A DNA stretch of 64,000 nt, from assembly GCF_009914755.1 (NCBI RefSeq), contig NC_060933.1, one strand, 5' to 3'. The translations under genes and the position numbers were made by a program. Below the pieces are notes generated by a model. That model worked only from the letters and a program-made list of their open reading frames with translations. It was not told the DNA's origin and ran no database searches. Shown here in pieces: positions 18,431-37,021 of the stretch. This DNA is from the human T2T-CHM13v2.0 reference genome, Homo sapiens. How positions within the stretch are numbered: the first letter of the stretch is position 1; every line of letters begins with the position of its first letter.

Positions 18431-19199
18431 GATATTTTGTTTTTAAGAATGAAATAGGATAATGTAGGTAGAGTGTTTGGTAGAGTACTGGCTCAGCGTA
18501 AGGACTCAACAATGATCCTAGCAATCGCTTATGCAACACGCTAGTTCTCATGACAGTTCTATGAAGCAAGTACTGTGATCACTATGACTCCTATTTAACA
18601 GAAGAGAAAACTGAGGCATGGAGAGATCAAGTCACGCAACTAGTAAATGGCAGAGCTGATCTGAACCAAACTGTTGGGCTCCTAAGTCCCACCCTTAACC
18701 ATTACACTATGCCCCCTTCCCATTTCACCATCAACAGCTCTCTCCCCAGTCAGCCTCACTCAAGCTCAACGCCGCTCTCCTTCTCAGAATTTTACCCAGG
18801 GCCTCCAACTCAGATCAATAACCAGCATCTGCTCCCAAGGGTAACACCTGACACCTGACTTCTCACCTTTTTCCCAGGCCTGGGGCCCTGGAGTCACCAG
18901 GGTTTGAGTCCTGACTTTGCCCATTTTCCAGCCGTGGAGCTTGTAGAAGGCACTTCTCTTCCTAAAGCTTCCGTTTCCTCCACTGCAGCATGGGGAGGGA
19001 GGCTTGTCCTAAATTTGTTGGCCTGTGGTGGAGACAATTTGAAGCCACACTCACGGAGCAGGTCACACTGGAAGCGTATGTGTGTTCAGTGTGTTCCCTG
19101 GAAGCGTATGTGTGTTCAGTCCATGAAACTCTGATCAACAGTTAATCATATCCCCAGAGTCCTGGGGACACTGCCAAGTATTTCTTTGCTTTTCCCAAC

Positions 19200-19730
19200 A
19201 CGTTCTCAGCCCCTGCAGTGTGCATCGTGGGCAAGTGTGCTGGGCAGTCCTGTGTGCTTGCCCCTCTCCTGCAAACTGCTTTTCCCAGTTTCCTTTGCCA
19301 ACTGGCTTCCTGTTAGGTTGGGCCAAGGGGAAGCACTGGCAGGAGATTGGAGCATGGGAGGAGGGGACAATCTGGGTATTTCTCCCTCCCTCTGCTTAGG
19401 GAGGGAGTGGGAGTGGCCTTTCCCCAGCACAGGCTGCTCTCTTCTGTGTCTTTGGCTGCTCTAGAACCACCCGGTCATCTGCAGTTCCAAGTCTCCAGGT
19501 GGCTCTGATGATTCAAGTTACTCCTGGGCAGTATCACTGCCTCTTCCTTTTGTCTCTCCACCCCTAAGTGGTAGCACCTTTTGCCATTGTGGAACAAGCA
19601 CTTGCCTCACCATTTGCTGTTTGGCTTTTCAGCTCTTCCCTCTTCCAGGTAACCAATTCCCTATATTAAATTTCCTCTGTTGGAAATACCTAGAGTGGTT
19701 TCTGTTTTTCTGACTGGCCTTGAATTTTAC
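19200..19730 (+). mobile_element. ERVL LTR (LTR33/LTR41-like)
   Basis: 'ttcctttgccaactggcttcctgttaggtt...aaccaattccctatattaaatttcctctgttggaaatacctagagtggtttctgttttt'. Confidence 0.55.
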
Positions 19731-20849
19731 AGCGGGCATCTTTGGCCCAAGAATTGTCTCTCTCTTCTCCACTTACAGAGTTTTTATCCTAGAGGGGCAG
19801 CATCAGACCCCTGAGGGCATGTCACAGGCGGGACTAATGGAAGAGGCTCTAGCTCCTTCTAGCTCTTTGCAGTAAACTTACTACAAGACAGCAAAGCTTT
19901 CTCATGCTACCACTGACTGTCTCTTGTGACATAGGTGGAGTAGCATTGCGCTACTCTGCTGTCTCTCTACTTCACCTTCCTGAAGACTTATTGCACAAAG
20001 GGTGGGTGGAGCTGTCGAGAACCAGGGGAGAGAAGAAAGTAGTGAAGGGGGCAAAGAAGCCCTTCCTGGCACACTAGCAAAGTGCCTAGTACAGGGGAGG
20101 CATTCAGCAGGGTATCCATTCCTTCCCCTTCAGCATCTGTTGAAAATCAGGCTGGAGCCTCAAATATTGGAACCAGCCCTAAGGGGAATGAAGGCTCGTT
20201 CTGTGTCAAGACAGCTGCCCCAGGGTTCCACTCCTTAAGGAACAAAGGAGTGGGGACAGACTCCTTTCTGTGAGTAGAGGGGTGGTACTGCCTCCCACCT
20301 AGTGTCTCTGGGATTCCTTTTGGAGGCTGCTCACAGATGTCCTCCCACCTTGGCCTCCCCACTCCCATCTGCCCTTCCAGGTTCCCCGGCAGAGGTCCCA
20401 TCAGTCAGTCCCCTCCCTCCAGCCCATGGTGGTGGCTCACCAGACGGAAGACAGTGGGTCCCTCAGGCCCTTGCTGGGCCTGCCCTATCCCAGGATCTGG
20501 GTCCCTAGCTTCATCTGTCACTTCAAAGCTTCCTGTCCCTCAGCCAGGGACTGAGGTAAATTCTAGGCGTTCTGGGCTCTCACTTTCCTCATGTTTGCAT
20601 GTTCTTTGTGACGCGGTATCCAAGTCGCTGCACAGGTAGGAGGAGCCTGAGGGCTCATCCAGTCCAACCTCCTCCTATGCAGTTCAGATGGGAAAACTGA
20701 GGTTCAGAATAGAGACTTGCTGGAAGCATGAAAGTAATTGACAGGTTGGTAGGGGCACAGGGGGTGAAGCGTGTGACAAGCTGGGCCAAAGCTCCAGGGA
20801 CACGGGTCCTACACTGGCACTTGCGTGGACATCCATGTTACCTGCACTC

Positions 20850-21380
20850 ATGTGTAGTAAAGAGGTCATGCGTGTTTACAAACCATAGTACCACCACAGA
20901 GACCACAGGCCCAGCAAATGGGGCTCACACAGGCATGCACACACACACACGTATCCTTGATGGTAAACATGCCCACCCACCATTGTGCACACATACGTGT
21001 ATTTACACCCACATGCACACTCATCGGCACACAATCAGAGCCACACACCTGCACGTGCCCCCACAGAATCACACGTGTGTGCAGTCTCACCTATCTGCAC
21101 TCTGCCATGGGCCCCATTACATACATGCATGCAAACAGATAACACACACGCCTATCAATAGCCAGGATGACTCACACACGAGGACACACATCATACCCTC
21201 ACAGACTCGTGCATGGACCACTCTGCAGTCACAAAGCAGCATCCAGCATCCGACAATCTGCTGATGTCACTCCCCTGAGAGTAACCATGGCTCCATGCAT
21301 AGGCAGAGGCAACTCAGCTCACAGGTGCCGCCTGTCCACATGCAGACACAGACACACACACACATACACACACACACACT
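20850..21380. repeat. CA-rich low-complexity tract
   Basis: degenerate (CA)n; source of His/Thr-rich spurious ORFs. Confidence 0.75.
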
Positions 21381-21874
21381 CTGACAGTTCCCCAATGGCC
21401 AGCCTCCTCCACTGACTCCCCACAGCCAGGTGCTCTGACACCCTCCTTGGTGGGACCCTCTCTCTTCAAGGCGCCCAGAGCCACCTGGCTGTCCTTGGAA
21501 CTAAGTGAGCACCCTGCCCACCCCCAGCCTTGTCCCCTAAACTGGGTGGTTTAGGTCTGAGGGGTGGGGAGAAGGCTGCCCAGAGTCCAAAGTTCAGGGG
21601 CCAACATCTTGTTTGCAGGCGCTGGTGGAAATTGCACAACCTGCCAGCTGGGTGACTTGGGCTTATTGTCTCTGAGTTCCCCTTGGCTGCAGGCCCAAGC
21701 CCAGCCAGTGACCTGTTTCTCTGGAAGAGGGTGGGGAAAGTGGTTCCTCCCTCCCCTGCCTGGGGAACTGGTGGCCCTCCCTGGGCACTGGTGGCTGGTC
21801 CCCAGCTATGTGTGCAACACACCTGACACTGAGATGCACAGAACTCAGCATCCAACCTGTCCTTTCCCAGATAG

Positions 21875-22300
<426 letters not shown>

Positions 22301-22492
22301 TAATCCAAAGCCAGACAGTACTAATGCAAATGAGCAGAGCTACCGTGGGTGCAAAAGGAAGGGACCCCAGAGCCCGTGAGTAGAGACCACTTTCCCTTTC
22401 CACACCTACCGTGGCTAAGTCAGTTAGTCAAAGGGTCACTGTGCCATATCACCAGATCATTGAGCTTAACAAATCTATCCCGACTTAAAACA

Positions 22493-22790
<298 letters not shown>

Positions 22791-23336
22791 GTGAGCTTTT
22801 TTTCATTTTGTTTTAATTTGTAAAAGTTCCCACTGTGTGCATGAAATGAATTAGCAAGGCCATCATGGCTACGGGGGGTCAGGATCTGGGGCCTTCAGAT
22901 CCCTCTCACCTCTGGGACCTGCAGCCCAGACTGGGCTTAGATCTCTATTCTGTTCCCCTCCAGTGGCAGCATCAGGGACATGGGGTAGAGACAAACTGAA
23001 CATTCCTGAAAATCCAAGAAATCTTCTAAAGCTTTAAAAACCCATCCCATGCCTGCCTGTCTTTTCCCTCTCCCCTTCGCTGCCTTTCTGTATCTCTCCC
23101 TTCTTTCCTTTCTTCCTCCTGCCTGCCTACCTTTCTCAGTGCATCCAGTCAAAATCATGAGGCTCGAGGATGACAGTCACAGTGGCCCTTGTGAGGCTGG
23201 ACCTGGGCGGCAGCCTGCTGCAATCAAAGATGGGTATGCACCGGGGCAGAGCAGAGGTATAGCTTAGCATGGACAAGAGGATTCAGGTTTCTCCTTGATG
23301 AGGCAGGGAGGCACAGATGCAGAAAGGAGGAAACCA

Positions 23337-23948
<612 letters not shown>

Positions 23949-23999
23949 GGAGGAAACTGAAGAAGCCCATAGTGTTGGGCTGGAGTTGGAGCTCTCAGT

Positions 24000-25230
24000 G
24001 AGAACACATGGTGAGAATCTGTGTTTATGTGGAGAGAGAGAGAATATAGACAGAAAGGTGTGTCTATATATATACATGTATATGCACCTGCATGCATATG
24101 TGTATACATATATGCATATTTGATGTGTGTGTGTGTGTGTGTATTTTCAGCTCTGTTCACCAAGAAGGTATGGGAGCAGCAATGCTCTGGTAGCAAAGAA
24201 CATACCCAGTGCCAAGATCTTGTTTTCAAAATGCCATTTGGAGGAAGGCTGAGTCCTGGCTGGGAGAGAGGAAGAACAAGATGAACCTGGAACACCTTGT
24301 TGTGGCAAAAAGTCACTAAGCATTCAAAGCATAGTGTGGACATGTCAAAGGGACACAGGGGCCAGCTGGATGGGGCCACACCAAATCTGGTGTAATTGAA
24401 AAATCAAAATTAATAATGATAGCAATGAATGATAACCCACTGAATAAAATAGAAACCCCTGACTCCAACTGCTATAAACAAAAAAACGAATAAGTAACCG
24501 GACAGAAGAGAAAGCTTTTCCTGACAGTAGAATGTCAAATCATACAGAAAGAAGGAAAACCACCTTTGTCAAATATGATCATAATTATTATTTCAGGTAA
24601 GAAACATCGATGGAACCAGGTTAAAACTAGGGATGTAAATGGAGTGAAGAACAGGATATTAGCTTAGCACTGGAGCCCGGGAGTTCCAGTTCAGCCTGGG
24701 CAATATAGCTTGAGCCTATCTCTAAATAAATAAATAGACAGAAAATGAACAATTCTAGGAAAAACAGAAAGCTGCACAAGAGAATAAATGCAATCACAGT
24801 ACTCTACATTGCTGGGCTATCAACACTGTTCACATGGCCACAAAATAAACCCCCAATATTTATCTAACCAAAAATTATGAGATGAGATGATCATATAAGG
24901 AAGATGGTACCAGGGGAAGTAGGGGCAGGGTGGTATGGGAAGCAAATTCTAATCTTCCAAAGTAAGAAGAGAGTAGATTATACATAAAACTGAAAGTCCA
25001 GAAATAACGGTATAGACATGTGATAACAGTGGAAGCATAAAGGCAAATAAAAAAGAAACTTGTTTCTTGTTAAAAAGCAGTTACCTCTGATGGTTGGGAA
25101 CTGGGAGCAAAGATGGATTAGACAGGAGACAGCTGTTTTTCATTGTTAAGTCTTGCAGAACAAAATGCATGTAAAATTTTTTGAAAGTGAAATCAAAATA
25201 TAAAAATATAATTAAAAGAAATACATGTTT
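24000..25230 (+). mobile_element. Old L1MC/ME-type 3' fragments with a short Alu monomer piece
   Basis: A-rich L1M-like sequence ('gacatgtcaaagggacacaggggccagctg', 'aatgaatgataacccactgaataaaatag'). Confidence 0.55.
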
Positions 25231-25231
25231 A

Positions 25232-25513
25232 GGCCAGGCACAGTGGCTCATGCCTGTAATCCCAGCACTTTGGGGGGCCGAGGTGGGTGGTTCACTTGCG
25301 GTCAGGAGTTCGAGACCAGCCTGGCCAACACGGTGAAACCCCATATCTACCAAAAATACAAAAATTAGCCGTGCGTGGGGGCACACTCCTATAGTCCCAG
25401 CTACTCAGGAGGCTGAGGCAGGAGAATCACTTGAGCCCAGGAGGCAGACGTTGCAGTGAGCCGAGATCATGCCACTGCACCCCAGCCGGTGGGGCAGAAC
25501 AAGACTCAGTCTC

Positions 25514-25539
<26 letters not shown>
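25232..25539 (+). mobile_element. AluS
   Basis: Alu consensus; TSD 'agaaatacat'. Confidence 0.9.
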
Positions 25540-25545
<6 letters not shown>

Positions 25546-25752
25546 TACATTTTGAGATAAGCAGTAAATTTGGATAATTGGTTGAGTTGACCATTTAACA
25601 AAATCTTCAAAGGATCCTTCAGATGCTAAAGTTCTGATAAGACAGAAAATTACTTTTTTTCAGAGGTTTTTAAAAACAATCAGTCTAAAAGCTAAAGTTC
25701 CCATGTGATACTGTGAAAAACATATTCATAGGATATTATTTAAGAAGAATAG

Positions 25753-26029
<277 letters not shown>

Positions 26030-26033
<4 letters not shown>

Positions 26034-26144
26034 GAAGAAGGAGGAGGAGGAGGAGGAGGAGAAGGAGAAGGAGAAGGAGAAGAAGAAGAAGAAGAAGAAG
26101 AAGAAGAAGAAGAAGAAGAAGAAGAAGAAGAGGAGGAGGAGGAG
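26030..26144 (+). repeat. Compound GAG/GAA triplet repeat in Alu tail, including (GAA)17
   Basis: direct reading; uninterrupted purine tract. Confidence 0.97.
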
Positions 26145-26189
26145 CACTAGAAGAGCAAATGTATTATGAACTTTGGACAAATTAAATAG

Positions 26190-26530
<341 letters not shown>

Positions 26531-27355
26531 AAAAAGAATATTTCTTAAACAAGGTTTTGAAAAACCAGTCAATTCGGTAATATGAGGCAGTGGTCCTTCA
26601 ATGAGTTTTGGAGAACTGCCTTTTGTCCAATCGGCCTTTGAAGGTGTGGCAGCTTCCCCTACACCTGAAAGAGGTCCCACCCCAGGACACAGGCCCTGGC
26701 CTTGGGCATGGCAGGCCAGTCTCCCCCAGACCCACCCACTGGCAGCCTCCCAGCAGGAGGGAACTCACACTCCTCACAACAGCACTTTGTGGTGTAAATA
26801 CAAAACCCCATTTTACAGATGAGAAAATGGAGGCTTGAAGAAGTGAATTGACTTGCCCAGCGCCTCATAGTCAAAAAGTAATCAAACTGGACTTGGCACA
26901 CAGGTTGACAAACCCCAAGGCCAGGATTCTCTCCTTGCTCCCCCAACCCTTGGATCTCCCACCTGCTGGCGCCAGACCTAATTAGGAGCTCTGCTGGCCC
27001 CTGAGGTGGGTTGGGAGGTGGGTGTGTCATTAGAGTGTGAGATTCTGGAAGCTCCCGCCATGTGTCATTATGTCTAATTACATGAGTTCAGGCTTCTGCG
27101 TGGGCTGGTGGAGCCAGAGTGTCTCCGTGCCCAGGTGGCCAGGGAATTTCTGCAGCCAAGAAGTGGATGAGAGGCCGCTGAAGGACCCCGGTAACATGTT
27201 CCCCAAATCTCCTGGAGAAAGCCGAGTTCCAGGCCCCTCCCGGAGGCTGAAGGGTGGCCCCGATGGGGAGTTGGGGTCTCTCCATGCTTCTCGGGGTGCA
27301 CTTAACCAGACTCCTACCTGGGCAGGGAATAGAGTAGAAGGAAATGGCTGCATGA

Positions 27356-27753
<398 letters not shown>

Positions 27754-27938
27754 AAATATCTGGACCTTTGAGTAAAGAGCTGCTTACACTTTCATCAGTT
27801 CCACTGGGTGTTCACTCTGGGGGAAAGGCAAGTGAGAAGGAACATGGAATAGGGACAGAACGTGGTCACTGTCCTCCCTAGGCAGACATGGGTGAGGGAG
27901 GCGATCTTTTGCACGTGCTCATTTAATAAGCAGGTATT

Positions 27939-28240
27939 GGCCGGTCATGGTGGCTCATGCGTGTAATCCCAGCACTTTGGGAGGCCGAGGTGGGTGGATC
28001 ACAAGGTCAGGCATTCAAGACAAGCCTGGCCAAGATGGTGAAACCCCAACTCTACTAAAAATATAAAAATTAGCCATGCGTGGTGGCGGGCGCCTGTAAT
28101 CCCAGCTACTCAGAAGGCTGAGGCAGAGAATTGCTTGAACCTGGGAGGCGGAGGTTGCAGTGAGCCTAGATTGGGCCACTGCACTCCAGCCTGGACAGAG
28201 CGAGACTCCATCTCAAAAAAAAAGAAAAAAAAAAAAAAAA
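27939..28240 (+). mobile_element. AluS
   Basis: Alu consensus; TSD 'aagcaggt(a/g)ttg'. Confidence 0.9.
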
Positions 28241-28584
28241 GCAGGTGTTGAGTGACTTCTGTGTGCCAGGCATTGTTCTAGGCATTGGGGTTATAAAATA
28301 AAGTCCCTCTTCTCAAGGGGAGAGAGACAATAACCATACACTAAATATGTAATGTACCAGATGGTGACAAGCAGAGTGAGGGTGAGGGGCCACTGCTCAT
28401 AGATGATTATCTGGCTGGAGAAACAGTCAAACCTTTCCCCACTGACTTCCCAAACCCAGAGGATAGATGGAGAAACGACTTGGGGAATAGAAAAAAGGAC
28501 CCACCTCCCCAGGTGCCTTCTCCTCCTTCTTCTCTTCTCCCTCTCCTCTAATGTTGTTTTTCCTTTAAACGTTACTTAAAACAG

Positions 28585-29307
<723 letters not shown>

Positions 29308-29334
29308 CTTACAAATATAATCAAAGGTCCCCAT

Positions 29335-29750
29335 GTTAGCCAGGAAAGGCTAGGTTATGCTGTAGTAACAAACAAACCCCAAATTTCAGTTGCTTTAAAC
29401 AACAAAGGTCTGCTTCTATCGCATTCTCGATCCAGTGAGGGTTGACTACATTGGGCTATGTTCATTGTAGTCTCTTAGGAACCCAGTCTGAGGGATGCTC
29501 CACTATTTATGATGCTGTGATCTCAGCAAAAGGCTTCAAGATTCACCAGGTAAGGAAGGGAGCAAGAAGACTCAGGTGCTGGCTCTTAGATGTTTCCATT
29601 TGGAAGCGGCATGTGTCAGTTCTCCTCACATTTCATTGGCTAAAGCAAGTCATGTGTCCATGTCCAGCTTCGAAGGGGAAGTGAAGTATAATCCTCTCAT
29701 GTGCTCAGAAGAGAACTGACATGGTGGTGAGCATTGTTAATATCTACCGC
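29335..29750. mobile_element. MaLR LTR (MLT1J/K/L-like)
   Basis: 'ggctaggttatgctgtagtaacaaacaaaccccaaatttcag...cacatttcattggctaaagcaagtcatgtg'. Confidence 0.65.
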
Positions 29751-29890
29751 TTTTCTTATCCCATTTCCATCTACCCTTCACTCCCAGCAATAAGACCCAT
29801 CTAGAAGTTGTTATGCATCCTTTTCACCTGTGGATTTTAAAAAACTTTTAGTATGCCTGTATACATCAACAAAGAATATATAGAAAGAAA

Positions 29891-30210
<320 letters not shown>

Positions 30211-30585
30211 GAAAGAAATCACAAAGAAAACTAGAAAATATTTTGAGCTGAATAACAATGAAAATGTAACATATCTAAGCCTATGTGATACAGATAAAGC
30301 AATACAATAAAGGGAAAGTTATAACATTAAATGGCTTTATTCGAAAGGAAGAAAGTCCCAAAATAAATACATTTGCTAAGCTTCCACCTTTAGGAACTAG
30401 ATAAAGAAGAGCAAATTAAACCCAAAGCAGGTAGAAAGAAAGAAATAATAAGATAAGAGTAGAAATCAATGACTAGAAAACAGAAAAACAAGAGAGAAAA
30501 TAAATGAAACCACAAGCTGCCTCTTTGAAAACATCAACAACATTGATAAACTTCATCTTTAATCAGTAGAAAAGAGAAAGACACG

Positions 30586-31303
<718 letters not shown>

Positions 31304-31560
31304 TTAGATGAAGTGGGCATATTCCTTGAAAGACACAAACTAGCAAAGTTCTCAAGAAGAAACAAAGGGAAGCGGAAAAGATAACTATTGGGTACTGGGC
31401 TTCATAGCTGGGTGATGAAATAACCTGTACAACAAACCCCCATGACACATGTTTACCTATGTAACAAACCTTCACATGTACCCCCAAACCTAAAATACAA
31501 GTTTAAAAAAAGAGGGAAAACATTACTTTTTCTCTCTTTTAGTTTGAGAAACTAGCAGTT

Positions 31561-31562
<2 letters not shown>

Positions 31563-31596
<34 letters not shown>

Positions 31597-31876
31597 AGAC
31601 GGAGTCTCACTCTGTCGCCCAGGCTGGAGTACAGTGGTGCCATCTAGGCTCACTGCAAGCTCCACCTCCCAGGTTCACGCCATTCTCCTGCCTCAGCCTA
31701 CCCGGCAGCTGGGACTACAGGCACCCACCACGACGCCTGGCTAATTTTTTGTATTTTTAGTAGAGACGGGGTTTCACCATGTTAGCCACGATGGTCTCAA
31801 TCTCCTGACCTTGTGATCCTCCTGCCTCAGCCTCCCAAAGTGCTGGGATTACAGGCATGAGCCACCACGCCCGGCC
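31563..31876 (-). mobile_element. AluY
   Basis: 'gcaagctccacctcccaggttcacgccattctcc' Y-diagnostic; long T run. Confidence 0.9.
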
Positions 31877-31970
31877 TAAAATTTTATTATGTGAATATGT
31901 ATGTTAGTGATTTCATGTTAGCATATATGTAGCAAAACCAATAAAACTGTCATCAGCATTGAAATAATAA

Positions 31971-32578
<608 letters not shown>

Positions 32579-33432
32579 CATAATATGTTTGGCTTTGAGT
32601 ACACTGTTTAAATAAAGCAACACCTAAGGGTGTCACTGGGAGGTCTATGAAATAGGCTGAAGTATTAAAAACCAAGCAAAAATAGTAAGAAAAGCTGAGA
32701 AAGAAACATGGAAAGGAAAAAAAAAAGGAGTGAAAAAAGATTGGCAAAGTAGTGCCTCACCAAGAAAATGTCTTTCATGCTGTTTAGTGATATTCTCGGT
32801 TAAAAATTTCTAAAAGCTGTGGAAAGCAAGTCAAATTTTGTTCTAGCCTTCTGCTGTGAAAACATTAGGTAACAAATATGTGTCAAATCTATTGTTTTCC
32901 AAAATACGGTGTTCATGCTTGAAATATGCCATTGCCAAATAAAGTCTATTTTTGATATACATAAAAAAAGAAGAAACAGAAAACCCAAATAGTCCTATAC
33001 ATCAATTAAGGAATAGAAATTCATAGTAAAAACTTTCTCATGAAAAAATTTCCCAGCCCAGATGGCTTCACTGGTGAATTTTATTAGTTAAATTTATTTT
33101 AAAAGAAATATTAATTCTACAGAAACTCTTCCAGAACGTAGAAGGAGAGAGCAAAACTCCTAACTAATTCTATGAACTCAGAATTACCCTGATACTAAAG
33201 CATGACAAAGATACAAGAAAAGAAAGCTATAGGCCTATATCCCTAATGAATACAGATACAAAAATCTTTAACAAAACATTAGCAAATCAAATCTAGTAAC
33301 GTACAGAAAGGATAATATATGAAGACCAAGTAGGGTTTATCTCAGGAATGCAAGGTTGGTCCAACATTCAAAAATAAATCAATGTAACTCAACATATCAA
33401 TAGACATAAAAAGAAAAACTATATAGTCATCC

Positions 33433-33500
33433 TTTTTTTTTTTTTTTTTTTTTTTTGAGACAGAATCTCGCTCTGTCGCCCAGGCTGGAGTGCAGTGGCG
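33433..33500 (-). mobile_element. Severely 5'-truncated Alu (last ~45 bp plus tail)
   Basis: poly-T + 'gagacagaatctcgctctgtcgcccaggctggagtgcagtggcg', flanked by near-duplicate 'gaaaaactatat...catc'. Confidence 0.8.
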
Positions 33501-33992
33501 AGAGAAAAACTATATGATCATCTTAATAGAGGCAGAAAAAACATTTGATAAAAATTTACTCATGATTTTTACAAAAGAAATTTTCAGCAAACTGGAAATA
33601 GAAGGGAAATTTCACAATCAGATAAATAACATCTACAATAAGACCTACAGCTAACACTATACTTAATAATGAAAGATTGCTTTCCCACTAAGATTGGGAA
33701 CAATGCAAAGATCTCTACTGTTGCCACTTTTATTCAACATTGTACTAGATGTCCTAGATAGTACAATACAACAAACAAGCAAATAAATAAATATGTAAAT
33801 AAATGGCAGATTGGAAAGGATTAAGTGAAACTGTGTTTGTAGAGAACATGGTATCTACATAGAAAAGTATACTACAAAGCTAATAGAAATATGTGAATTT
33901 AGCAAGGTTGTAAGATATACAGCCAATATGCAAAAGTCTATTGTATTTCTACTTAACAGTAATTTTAAAATTTAACATTGAAATTAAAAATC

Positions 33993-34334
<342 letters not shown>

Positions 34335-36170
34335 TTAAAAACATGAAAAGTTAAGGGACAAATATCATGAAATAGGATTTGTACATTGAAAACGGAAAAT
34401 CATTACCAAGAGAAATTAAAAAAATCTAAATAAAAGGAGAGATATACAATGTTCATGATGAGAAGACTCACTACTTTAACAAAATATTAACAATTCTGAA
34501 GAATTATGTTAGTACTTTCCTAATTGATATTGCAATTTCAATCAAAATCCTGGCAGGCTTTTTTTTTTTTTTTTTGGTAGATATTGACAAGCTGTTTCTA
34601 AATTATATATGGAAGTGCAAAGGACCTAGAATAGCCAAAACAATTCTGAAAAAGAAGGAAGAAGTTGGAGAACTCACATTACTTTATTTCAAGACTTACT
34701 ATAAAGCTACTATACGCAAGACAGCATGGTGATAGCGTAAGCTTAGACCTATGGATCAGTAGAACAGAAATGAGTCCAGAAATAGACCAATATCCATTTG
34801 GTCAGTTGATTTTTGACAAAGGAACCAAGGTAATTTCAATGGAGAAAGAATAGTCTTCTCAACAAATGGTGAAGAAACAATTAGACATCCATATCCAAAA
34901 AAAAGAACCTCAACCCTTACCTCTCACACCATGAAGAACTTCAAATGGATCATAGACTTAAATAGAATATAAACCTTCAAAGAGATAATAAAGGAAAATA
35001 TCTTTGTGATCTTGATAAAGATTATTTAAACAGGATGCAAATAACATAAACCATAAAAGTCAAAAATTGAAAAATTAGCCTTCAAAATTAAAAACTTTTC
35101 CTTTATGAAAGTCACTGTTGGGAAAATAAAAAGACAAACCAAAGACTGGGAGAAAATGTCTGATAAGTAACTGGTCTCCACAATTTTAAAATAACTCATA
35201 ACTCAATCGTTAGAAGACAAACTAACCAACAATAAAATAGTCAAGTACTTTGAAGAGGCACTTCTTCAAAGACATATGGACGGCAAATAAGTGCATTAAA
35301 AAAATTCAACATCATTATTCATTAGGTAAATGCAAAATAAAGCCACAATGACCAAGTGCTACACACTTATAGAATGGCTAACATTTTTAATACTAACAAT
35401 ACAAAGTGCTGGTGAGGATGTAGAGCAGCTAGAATATATATTGCTGTCAGGGATGCAAAACTGTACAACCATACTGGGAAATAGTTTGACAGGTTTTTTA
35501 TTTCGTTAATAGATGAACCTTGAAAACATTACGCTAAGTGGAAGAAGCCAGTCACAAAAGATATATTATCTGATTCCATTTTCTGAAATTTCCAGAATGG
35601 GTAAATCCAGAGAGATAGACAGTTGATTAGTGGTTGCTTGATGCTCGGTGGGGGAAGGGATGATTTCTCTTTTGGTGACGAAAACATCTTAAAATTGACT
35701 GTGGCGATGGTTGCACATATCTGTGACTATACAACAAACAAACACTGAATTGTACTTTTTAAATGGATGAAGTGGATTGTGCGCTAATTATATCTCAATA
35801 AAGCTGTTTTTTTTAAATAAAAATATTGAGCTAGGTGAATCTTCACATTTCTCCCGCTCTCCATTTCCTATCTCCATAGTTTTTCTTTTTTCCAACAAGT
35901 ATTTCTTGGCTGCTCCCAAGCTATTCATGTTTCCAGTTCTCTCTCTTCCTTTTCCCCCCTCAAATGTTCCTGCATCAGCCCATAACCTGAATGGCCAAAG
36001 AAAGGATTCTCCTGGGGAGTGGTGGGTGCAAAAGAAGCTACAAGGCAAACACAGAATTCTCTCGTTCTCCATGGGGCAGGCCTTGGGCCCCAGGACCAGG
36101 ATTAGGTAAGGCGAGTGAGGTATCCAGGACCCAAAATAAAAAGAGGTACTCACCCAGGGCATGTAAGTGA

Positions 36171-37021
<851 letters not shown>

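Noticed and set aside
20728-21264. 178-aa His/Thr-rich ORF
   Set aside because: Translation of CA-rich low-complexity sequence
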